A DNA stretch of 64,000 bases from an uncultured Lachnospiraceae bacterium (GTDB lineage: Bacteria; Bacillota; Clostridia; Lachnospirales; Lachnospiraceae), in the NCBI GenBank assembly GCA_947164605.1, contig CAMUXE010000007.1, positions 31,419 through 95,418 of the forward strand, in the 5' to 3' direction. The notes under the pieces were generated by a model, which saw only the letters and a program-made list of their open reading frames with translations, did no database searches and was not told where the DNA came from. Position numbers and translations under genes: made by a program. The first letter of the stretch is position 1; each line of letters begins with the position of its first letter. Of the stretch, positions 16,706 through 24,774 are shown piece after piece.

Positions 16706-18454
16706 ATGATAAAGACACTTTTATCACAGGTAAAGGAATATAAGTTACCATCATTCCTTACACCTGCATTTATGATAGGTGAAGTAATCTGTGAGATGAT
16801 TATTCCTATCTTGATGGGACGAATTGTTGATCTTGGTATTCAAGGCAATGATATGAATTACATCTTAAGAACTGGAGCAATAATGCTTATTGTGGCTATT
16901 ATTGGACTTTTCTTCGGTGTCCTTGGTGGATTTACAGGATCAAAGGCAAGTGCTGGATTTGCCAAGAATCTTAGAAAGGAGATGTTTAAAAATATACAGA
17001 CATTTTCCTTCGCAAATATTGATAATTTTTCATCTTCAAGCCTTGTAACAAGACTTACAACTGATGTAACCAACATACAGATGGCATATATGATGATTCT
17101 TAGAATGGCTATGAGAGCCCCTGCATCTATGATTATTGCCATGGTTATGTCATTTCTTATAAGTCCTAAGCTTGCTAGCATATATCTTGTTGCTGTTATT
17201 TTAATTGGCCTTGTTCTTTCATTTATCATGGTTAGAACTACAGCTTACTTTAAAAAGGTATTCGAGAAATATGACTTACTCAATGAATCCGTACAGGAAA
17301 ATGTATCTGCAATTCGTGTAGTTAAGGCTTATGTCAGAGAGGATACAGAAATCAGCAAATTTAAAAAGGCGGCTTTCAATATTTATCTTCTCTTTGTTAA
17401 GGCTGAGTTAAAAATTGCAAAAATTGTTCCTCTTATGATGACAACAGTGTATGTATGTATCCTTTTAATCAGCTGGTTTGGTGCCAATATGATTGTCAGC
17501 CAGAGCCTCACAACTGGTGAACTTATGAGCTTATTGACTTACTGCATGAATATCCTTATGTCACTCATGTTCTTATCAATAATCTTTGTCATGCTCACTA
17601 TGTCAGAAGCTTCTGCTAAGCGTATTGTCGAAGTAATAACTGAAGTTCCAACTATCACAAATCCTAGCAATGCTATCAGCAAGATTGATGACGGAAGCAT
17701 TGAATTTGAAAATGTTGATTTTGCATACAGTAAGGATGCAAAGGAGATGGTTCTTAGCAATATCAACTTAAAGATCAATTCAGGTGAGACTATCGGAATA
17801 ATCGGTGGTACAGGATCTGCCAAATCAAGCCTTGTAAACCTTATCAGCCGTCTTTATGACGTCAGCCAGGGGCAGGTAAAAGTTGGTGGCCATAATGTAA
17901 AGGACTATGACATTAAATCCTTGAGAGATCAGGTTTCAGTTGTACTTCAGAAAAATGTTCTCTTTTCGGGCAGTATCATAGAAAACCTGCGCTGGGGTAA
18001 CAAGAATGCCAGCCTTGAAGACTGCAAGAAGGCCTGCGATATAGCTTGTGCAACTGAATTTATCGAAAAGATGCCTGATGGTTTTGATACTCATATTGAA
18101 CAGGGTGGTTCTAATGTATCAGGTGGACAGAAGCAGCGTTTATGTATTGCCAGAGCTATATTGAAAAAGCCTAAAATACTCATATTTGACGATTCTACAA
18201 GTGCTGTTGATACATCTACTGATGCTAAAATCAGAAATGCACTTGCAAGTGAGATTCCTTCAACTACAAAGATTATTATTGCACAGAGAATCTCATCTGT
18301 AGAGCACTGTGATAAGGTCATTGTAATGGATGATGGTAAGGTTGTTGGATTTGACACCCCAAGTAATCTTTTGATCACTAATTCAATCTACAGAGAAGTC
18401 TATGAATCCCAGAATAGTTCAAGCAGCGAAGCTGATTTTGACGAGATAAACTAA
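16706..18454 (+). CDS. ABC exporter half-transporter (TMD-NBD), degenerate Walker-B partner
   Basis: Six TM helices. Walker A GGTGSAKSS, signature VSGGQKQ, and Walker B ILIFDDS (Ser in place of the catalytic Glu). Confidence 0.9.
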   Translation: MIKTLLSQVKEYKLPSFLTPAFMIGEVICEMIIPILMGRIVDLGIQGNDMNYILRTGAIMLIVAIIGLFFGVLGGFTGSKASAGFAKNLRKEMFKNIQTFSFANIDNFSSSSLVTRLTTDVTNIQMAYMMILRMAMRAPASMIIAMVMSFLISPKLASIYLVAVILIGLVLSFIMVRTTAYFKKVFEKYDLLNESVQENVSAIRVVKAYVREDTEISKFKKAAFNIYLLFVKAELKIAKIVPLMMTTVYVCILLISWFGANMIVSQSLTTGELMSLLTYCMNILMSLMFLSIIFVMLTMSEASAKRIVEVITEVPTITNPSNAISKIDDGSIEFENVDFAYSKDAKEMVLSNINLKINSGETIGIIGGTGSAKSSLVNLISRLYDVSQGQVKVGGHNVKDYDIKSLRDQVSVVLQKNVLFSGSIIENLRWGNKNASLEDCKKACDIACATEFIEKMPDGFDTHIEQGGSNVSGGQKQRLCIARAILKKPKILIFDDSTSAVDTSTDAKIRNALASEIPSTTKIIIAQRISSVEHCDKVIVMDDGKVVGFDTPSNLLITNSIYREVYESQNSSSSEADFDEIN

Positions 18455-18468
18455 GTAAGGAGGCTATT

Positions 18469-20388
18469 ATGGCAGAAACAAAAGAAGTAAAAGTTGGCCA
18501 TGGCCGAGGTGCTAAGGGCCCTAAGCCAAAGATTAAAAACCCTATGAAACTCTTTAAAAGGATTATGGCTTATGTTTTGAAGAATTATAAGATCCAACTA
18601 TTCCTTGTAGTAGTATGTATTTTGACATCAGTATTTGCCAATATTCAGGGTACTATGTTTACCAAAACACTTATTGACAGTTACATTCTTCCTTTGATTG
18701 GCAGCCCAAATCCAGATTTTGGCCCACTAAAAATGGCTATTTTGAAGGTTGCTATCTTCTACGGAATTGGCATTGCCGCTACATATGCCCAGTCAATCCT
18801 GATGACTTACATAACACAGGGAACCTTAAAGAACTTAAGACAAGATCTTTTCGAGCACATGGAAAAGCTTCCAATCAAGTATTTCGACACCAATGCTCAC
18901 GGAGATATCATGTCTATATATACCAACGATATTGACACCTTAAGACAGATGATTTCACAGTCTCTGCCACAGATTTTATCTTCATCTTTGACCATTGTAT
19001 CAATTATCGCTATGATGCTTGTTTTGAATATACCACTGACAATCCTTTCACTTGCAATGGTTGGAATTATGATTTTTGCAACAGCCAAGGCTAGTAAGAT
19101 TTCTGGTAAAAACTTTATAGCTCAGCAGCAGAATATAGGTAAAATTAACGGCTATATTGAAGAGATGATGACTGGTCAGAAGGTCGTAAAGGTCTTCAAT
19201 CATGAAGAAGAGTCAATTGAAACTTTCAACCAGCTCAACGAAGACCTCTATGAGAGTGCTTACAAGGCAAATGCTTACTCAAGCATCCTTGCCCCAATCA
19301 ATGCCCAGCTCGGCAACACCAGCTACGTATTGTGTGCTATAGTAGGCGGAATTCTTGCTCTCAATTCAGTTGCAGGATTTACAGTCGGAGCTCTAGCTTC
19401 CTTCCTCACCTTTAATAAAAACTTCAGCATGCCTTTAAATCAGGTAAGTATGCAGTTCAACTCTATAATCATGGCCCTTGCTGGTGCTGAGAGAATCTTT
19501 AATCTTCTTGATCAGAAAGTTGAAGAGGACGAGGGATATGTACACTTAGTAAATGCCCTTAACCAGAATGATGATGTAGTAGAGACAGAGGATAGAACTG
19601 ATGTATGGGCTTGGAAAAATGTCCATGCAGATGGCACTTGCGACTATAAGAGACTTGAAGGTCAGGTTATATTTGAAAATGTAGATTTCGGCTACAATGA
19701 TGAAAAAACTGTACTTCATGAAATCGATATGTATGCACATCCAGGTCAGAAAATTGCCCTTGTAGGCTCAACTGGAGCAGGTAAGACAACAATCACAAAC
19801 TTAATAAACCGCTTCTATGATATTCAGAAGGGCAATATCAAGTATGACGGTATAGATATCAAAAAGATATGCAAGGCAGATTTGAGAAAATCACTTGGAA
19901 TTGTTCTCCAGGATACTCATCTCTTTACAGGCACTGTTAAAGAGAATATCCTCTACGGAAAGCTTGATGCAACCGATAATGAAGTATATGCAGCAGCTAA
20001 GTTGGCCAATGCTGATGGATTTATCAGAAGATTGCCACAGGGTTATGACACTATGCTGACTGGTGATGGTGCCAACCTTTCACAGGGACAGCGCCAGTTG
20101 CTTGCAATTGCAAGAGCTGCTATAGCTGATCCACCTGTTTTGATTCTTGATGAAGCTACCAGCTCTATTGATACTAGAACAGAGCGCCTGGTACAAGAAG
20201 GTATGGACCAGCTCATGATGGGAAGAACTACTTTTGTAATTGCTCACAGATTGAGTACTATCAAGAACAGCGACTGTATCATGGTTATGGAACAGGGCCG
20301 TATCATTGAGAGAGGCAGCCATGATGATCTTATAGCAAAAGAGGGCAGATATTATCAGCTCTATACAGGCAACAATATCTCGGCTTAA
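18469..20388 (+). CDS. ABC exporter half-transporter (TMD-NBD), canonical catalytic partner
   Basis: Walker A GSTGAGKTT, signature variant LSQGQRQ, Walker B LILDEATS and H-loop AHRLS. Confidence 0.9.
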   Translation: MAETKEVKVGHGRGAKGPKPKIKNPMKLFKRIMAYVLKNYKIQLFLVVVCILTSVFANIQGTMFTKTLIDSYILPLIGSPNPDFGPLKMAILKVAIFYGIGIAATYAQSILMTYITQGTLKNLRQDLFEHMEKLPIKYFDTNAHGDIMSIYTNDIDTLRQMISQSLPQILSSSLTIVSIIAMMLVLNIPLTILSLAMVGIMIFATAKASKISGKNFIAQQQNIGKINGYIEEMMTGQKVVKVFNHEEESIETFNQLNEDLYESAYKANAYSSILAPINAQLGNTSYVLCAIVGGILALNSVAGFTVGALASFLTFNKNFSMPLNQVSMQFNSIIMALAGAERIFNLLDQKVEEDEGYVHLVNALNQNDDVVETEDRTDVWAWKNVHADGTCDYKRLEGQVIFENVDFGYNDEKTVLHEIDMYAHPGQKIALVGSTGAGKTTITNLINRFYDIQKGNIKYDGIDIKKICKADLRKSLGIVLQDTHLFTGTVKENILYGKLDATDNEVYAAAKLANADGFIRRLPQGYDTMLTGDGANLSQGQRQLLAIARAAIADPPVLILDEATSSIDTRTERLVQEGMDQLMMGRTTFVIAHRLSTIKNSDCIMVMEQGRIIERGSHDDLIAKEGRYYQLYTGNNISA

Positions 20389-20400
20389 TTATTAAATTAA

Positions 20401-20447
20401 AAATGCAAACCATTGAGTGATTCACACACTCATGGCTTGCATTTTTT
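20401..20447 (+). terminator. Intrinsic terminator after the ABC operon
   Basis: AAATGCAAACCATTGAGTG pairs with CACTCATGGCTTGCATTT, followed by TTTT. Confidence 0.75.
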
Positions 20448-20513
20448 CATTTCTTAACATATTCTGCTTTCTCTGCTATAATTATTATATATTCAAATAT
20501 AGGAGCGATTTTT

Positions 20514-22202
20514 ATGAATTTTTCAAATTTATCAAAAGTATCTATGGGGGACCAAAAGGCTGATTTAGTCTTTAAGAATGGAAAAATACTCGATGTTTTC
20601 ACTAATCAGATTTACGAGGCAACTTTGGCTGTAAAAGATGGCTATATTGTCGGTATTGGTGATTATGAAGGGAATGAGACAATAGACCTTGAAGGCAAGA
20701 CTCTTGTGCCTGGTCTTATGGACGCTCATCTCCACTTAGAGTCTACTTGCGTTAAACCTTCAGAACTTATTGCTACAGCCTCTTTGGCTGGAACCACAAC
20801 ATTTGTCGTAGATCCACATGAAGCTGCCAATGTAAGCGGTGCAGCGGGAATTCAGTATATTCTTGATCAGACTGAGAATTCTACGGCCAATGTTTATGTC
20901 ATGATGCCATCTTGTGTACCTGCAACCTATCTTGATGATAACGGATGCACATTTGACGCGAAAGATATGGAAAAGTTTCTTGACAATGACAGGATCCTTG
21001 GCTTGGGTGAGGTCATGGATGCATTTTCAGTTGTACACGATGTCAAGGACATGCACGATAAGCTAAATCTCTTTAAAGACAAGGTTATAGATGGACACGC
21101 TCCATTCCTTACAGAAAAGCAGTTAAACACCTACGCTTTAGCTGGTATTGCGACTGATCATGAGGCAACTAGCTTTGAATGGGCAGTGGAGGAAATGAGA
21201 AGAGGTATTCATGTCCATATAAGAGAGGGCAGTGCAGCTCACAATCTCACAGACATTGTCTCAGGCATTATCAAAAACAAGATATCTACTGAGAACTTCT
21301 CCTTCTGTACAGATGACAAGCACATTGCAGATATCCATGCGAATGGACATATTAGCAACAATGTTCGAATGGCTATTCAGCTTGGTCTTGATCCAGTTGA
21401 AGCTATAAAGATGGCCAGCATTAATACAGCCAAGTGCTACGGGCTCAAGGAATTAGGAGCACTTGCACCGGGCTATCAGGCTGATATCTTGATAGTTGAC
21501 AATATCAATGATTTTAATATCGAAAAGGTTTATTTCAAGGGAAAACTTGTAGAAAAAGATAATATTCCTGCTTGTAAACCATGCCCATATGAACTTCTTC
21601 ACACTGTATTTAAAGACCCAGTCAGTCAAGATGACTTTAAGTTGGCTATAGATGGCTTAAGTCATGTAATTGAACTCAACAAAGGACAAATTACAACTAA
21701 TGATTTAGAGCTAGAGCTTGAAAAATGCGCCAACTTTGAGTCCGGCAATGGACTTGTAAAGGTTGCAGCTATTGAGAGACATAAGAATACTCAAATGATA
21801 GGCATAGGCCTTGCTAAAGGATACGATATTGTAAAGGGAGCTGTTGCATCTTCAGTATCTCACGACTCTCACAACATTATTGTAATAGGCGATAACGACC
21901 GTGATATTGCAATGGCAGTTAACGAGATTATAAGAGTTCAGGGTGGTTATACCTTAGTTGATGATGGAAAAATCTATGAAACACTCCCTTTACCAGTAAT
22001 GGGTCTTATGAGTGAAGAGTGTCATGAAGTAGTTCAATCAAAACTTGATTATATGATTAAGAGGGTTCATGAAAAAGGAGTGTCTCGCGACATTGCTCCA
22101 TTTGTAACTCTCTCATTCATGGCCTTGCCAGTAATTCCAGAGCTTAGAATTACACCTAGAGGCTTGGTAAAATGCGATGATAAGGGCTTTAGACTGATAT
22201 AA
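20514..22202 (+). CDS. ade: Adenine deaminase
   Basis: 562 aa amidohydrolase with LVPGLMDAHLHLES, GEVM, DGHAP and SHDSHNIIVIG motifs. Confidence 0.88.
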   Translation: MNFSNLSKVSMGDQKADLVFKNGKILDVFTNQIYEATLAVKDGYIVGIGDYEGNETIDLEGKTLVPGLMDAHLHLESTCVKPSELIATASLAGTTTFVVDPHEAANVSGAAGIQYILDQTENSTANVYVMMPSCVPATYLDDNGCTFDAKDMEKFLDNDRILGLGEVMDAFSVVHDVKDMHDKLNLFKDKVIDGHAPFLTEKQLNTYALAGIATDHEATSFEWAVEEMRRGIHVHIREGSAAHNLTDIVSGIIKNKISTENFSFCTDDKHIADIHANGHISNNVRMAIQLGLDPVEAIKMASINTAKCYGLKELGALAPGYQADILIVDNINDFNIEKVYFKGKLVEKDNIPACKPCPYELLHTVFKDPVSQDDFKLAIDGLSHVIELNKGQITTNDLELELEKCANFESGNGLVKVAAIERHKNTQMIGIGLAKGYDIVKGAVASSVSHDSHNIIVIGDNDRDIAMAVNEIIRVQGGYTLVDDGKIYETLPLPVMGLMSEECHEVVQSKLDYMIKRVHEKGVSRDIAPFVTLSFMALPVIPELRITPRGLVKCDDKGFRLI

Positions 22203-22307
22203 TATCATTCAAGTATCTTGAAAATAGAACTTAAATCATGATTTATATCATGTAAATACCCCTTAGAAACATGATTTAAAATTTTTTAAAGAATTTCAAA
22301 AAAGATG

Positions 22308-22336
22308 TTGACAAATATCTTTTAAGGTCGTATATT
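22308..22336 (+). promoter_or_regulatory. Near-consensus sigma-A promoter upstream of glnN leader
   Basis: TTGACA (22308-22313), 17 nt spacer, TATATT (22331-22336). Confidence 0.55.
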
Positions 22337-22352
22337 AACACTTGTGAAAAGC

Positions 22353-22393
22353 AAAGGCGCTTTGGTCGAGAGATCAAAGCGCTATTTTTTTTT
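22353..22393 (+). terminator. Terminator-like hairpin T1 in glnN leader
   Basis: AAAGGCGCTTTGGTC-GAGA-GATCAAAGCGCT followed by a T9 run. It starts about 10 nt after the predicted TSS. Confidence 0.7.
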
Positions 22394-22411
22394 ACATTAT
22401 GTTTGAAGGAC

Positions 22412-22455
22412 AAAGGCGTCGCTCAGTTAAGGTATAACTGACGGCGCCTTTTTTT
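22412..22455 (+). terminator. Terminator-like hairpin T2 in glnN leader
   Basis: AAAGGCGTCGCTCAGTTA-AGGT-ATAACTGACGGCGCC followed by a T7 run, about 80 nt upstream of the glnN ATG. Confidence 0.7.
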
Positions 22456-22535
22456 CTTTATTCGTAATCGCTGCTTTATATGAAAAATTCTGCTACATAT
22501 ATTGCTAGTTTATAGAAAGTAAAGGAGAAAGTATT

Positions 22536-24632
22536 ATGACAATGAATGTTACTGAACTCTTCGGAAGTAAGGTTTTTAATGATAAGGTCATGAAAGAAAG
22601 ACTTCCAAAAGAAACTTACAAAGCTTTAAAGAAGACCATCGAAGATGGCGCTGAACTTGAACTCGATGTTGCTAAGGTAGTGGCACATGCTATGAAAGAT
22701 TGGGCAATCGAACAAGGTGCAACACATTTTACACATTGGTTTCAGCCAATGACAGGAATCACTGCTGAAAAGCATGATTCATTTATTCAACCTGAAGATG
22801 GTGGAAAAGTAATAATGTCTTTCTCCGGCAAGGAACTTGTAAAGGGCGAGCCTGATGCATCTTCATTTCCATCTGGTGGTTTGAGAGCAACATTTGAAGC
22901 GAGAGGATATACAGCTTGGGATCCAACATCATATGCCTTTATCAAGGATGACACACTTTGTATTCCAACAGCCTTTTGTTCTTACTCAGGAGAAGCACTC
23001 GATAAGAAGACTCCTCTTTTAAGATCTATGCAGGCTATAGATAAACAGGCAAGAAGAGTTTTGAAGCTCTTTGGCAATGATGATGTCAAGAGAGTAATCA
23101 CTACTGTAGGCCCTGAACAGGAATATTTCTTAATTGATACTGATATGTACAATGCAAGACCTGACCTGATTTACACAGGCAGAACACTTTTTGGAGCAAA
23201 ACCTCCTAAGGGTCAGGAACTTGACGATCACTATTTTGGTACTATAAAGCCAAGAGTTTCAGCCTTTATGAAGGAACTTGATGAAGAGCTTTGGAAGCTT
23301 GGTGTTCTTGCAAAGACAAAACACAATGAAGTTGCTCCAGCTCAGCATGAATTAGCTCCAATCTTTTCAACAACTAATATAGCAACTGATCATAACCAGT
23401 TGACTATGGAGATGATGAAAGTGGTAGCATCTAGACATCATATGACATGTCTCCTTCACGAGAAGCCTTTTGAGGGTGTGAATGGTTCAGGCAAGCATAA
23501 CAACTGGTCAATTTCTACAGATACAGGTCTTAACCTCTTAGAGCCAGGTAAGACTCCTTCAAAAAATGCACAGTTCCTTTTATTCTTAACAGCTGTAATC
23601 AAGGCTGTAGATGAGTATCAGGATTTACTGAGAGTTTCAGTTGCTTCAGCTGGTAATGACCACAGATTGGGAGCAAACGAGGCACCTCCAGCAATCATCT
23701 CAATGTTCCTTGGAGATGAACTTGAAGATGTCGTTGATTCAATTATTGAAGGTACTGATTACACAGATAAGAAAAAGAAGTTGATGTCGATTGGAGCTAC
23801 AGTTCTTCCTTCAATTTCTCAGGATACAACTGATAGAAACAGAACATCGCCATTTGCCTTCACTGGTAACAAGTTCGAGTTTAGATCATTAGGATCTGCT
23901 GCTTCAATATCTGGTCCAAACATTGTTCTCAACACAATCGTTGCTGAGGAGCTTGATATCTTTGCCACTGAGCTTGAAAAAGCTAAGGATTTTGACAAGG
24001 CACTTGATAAGCTTGTCAAGAGAGAGCTCACAGCTCATAAGAGAATAATTTTCAATGGCAATGGTTATTCAGACGAATGGGTTAAGGAAGCTAAAAAGAG
24101 AGGTCTCTTGAATTTGAGATCAACAGTTGATGCCCTTCCTTCATTTGTCTCAGATAAATCTAAGGACTTATTCAAGAAACATGGTGTATTTACTGATGTT
24201 GAACTTACAAGTAGATATGAAATTGAACTTGAAAAATATTCAAAAATCATTGATATTGAGGCAAAGACACTGGTCTCAATTGTCAAGAAGGACATCATTG
24301 GTGCAGCAAGTGAGTATGAGACTATCTTAGCTGACACAATTAATACAAAGACTGCATGTGGTTTAAAGATTTCAAATGCAGTTGAAGAGAATAGGCTTGA
24401 ATCAGCCAATAAGCTCACAATTAGTATGGACAAGGACCTCAGCAGACTTGAAAAGGATATCAAGAAGGCTGAAAGCATTGAAGATTCACTTGAACTTGCA
24501 AGGTTCCACCACGATGTAATTATTTCAGATATGGAATCTGTTAGAGAATCTGTTGATTCTCTTGAAGTAATGATTCCTTCTAATATCTGGCCATATCCAA
24601 CATATGGCGAAATTCTCTACTCAGTGAAGTAG
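22536..24632 (+). CDS. glnN: Glutamine synthetase type III
   Basis: 698 aa (GSIII length class) with [18 protein letters not shown]-terminus, [15 protein letters not shown] and [17 protein letters not shown] motifs. RBS AAAGGAGA. Confidence 0.93.
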   Translation: MTMNVTELFGSKVFNDKVMKERLPKETYKALKKTIEDGAELELDVAKVVAHAMKDWAIEQGATHFTHWFQPMTGITAEKHDSFIQPEDGGKVIMSFSGKELVKGEPDASSFPSGGLRATFEARGYTAWDPTSYAFIKDDTLCIPTAFCSYSGEALDKKTPLLRSMQAIDKQARRVLKLFGNDDVKRVITTVGPEQEYFLIDTDMYNARPDLIYTGRTLFGAKPPKGQELDDHYFGTIKPRVSAFMKELDEELWKLGVLAKTKHNEVAPAQHELAPIFSTTNIATDHNQLTMEMMKVVASRHHMTCLLHEKPFEGVNGSGKHNNWSISTDTGLNLLEPGKTPSKNAQFLLFLTAVIKAVDEYQDLLRVSVASAGNDHRLGANEAPPAIISMFLGDELEDVVDSIIEGTDYTDKKKKLMSIGATVLPSISQDTTDRNRTSPFAFTGNKFEFRSLGSAASISGPNIVLNTIVAEELDIFATELEKAKDFDKALDKLVKRELTAHKRIIFNGNGYSDEWVKEAKKRGLLNLRSTVDALPSFVSDKSKDLFKKHGVFTDVELTSRYEIELEKYSKIIDIEAKTLVSIVKKDIIGAASEYETILADTINTKTACGLKISNAVEENRLESANKLTISMDKDLSRLEKDIKKAESIEDSLELARFHHDVIISDMESVRESVDSLEVMIPSNIWPYPTYGEILYSVK

Positions 24633-24652
24633 ACTCACTTCGAATTATGTAC

Positions 24653-24688
24653 AAAGGCGTACATACCTTAGGGTATGTGCGCCTTTTT
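24653..24688 (+). terminator. Terminator-like hairpin T3 just after glnN
   Basis: AAAGGCGTACATACC-TTAG-GGTATGTGCGCC followed by TTTTT. Confidence 0.75.
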
Positions 24689-24698
24689 CATAATTAAA

Positions 24699-24747
24699 GA
24701 AAATCCGTAAGAAAGATATACCCCCTCAATTGCGGATTTTCTTTTTT
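24699..24747 (+). terminator. Terminator-like hairpin T4 immediately upstream of the amt RBS
   Basis: GAAAATCCG (24699-24707) pairs with CGGATTTTC (24733-24741) across a 25-nt loop, followed by T6. The RBS TAGGAGGA begins about 15 nt later. Confidence 0.55.
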
Positions 24748-24774
24748 ATAAAGCTTATTTTAGGAGGACAAAAT

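Noticed and set aside
20389-20513. Purine riboswitch upstream of adenine deaminase
   Set aside because: The gap holds only the ABC-operon terminator and a TTAACA-17-TATAAT promoter. There is no three-way junction or conserved purine-riboswitch loop sequence.
22296-22345. TnrA/GlnR box (TGTNA-N7-TNACA) around the glnN promoter
   Set aside because: Candidate TGT...ACA pairs (for example TGTTGAC...TTAACA and TGTAAATACCCCTTAGAAACA) have the wrong spacing. No 17-bp match was found.
22470-22500. Possible sigma-54 (-24/-12) element CTGCTAC-N-ATTGCT upstream of glnN
   Set aside because: The invariant GG of the -24 box is absent (TGCTAC rather than TGGCAC), and the spacing to TTGC is imperfect. No enhancer-binding-protein gene is nearby.
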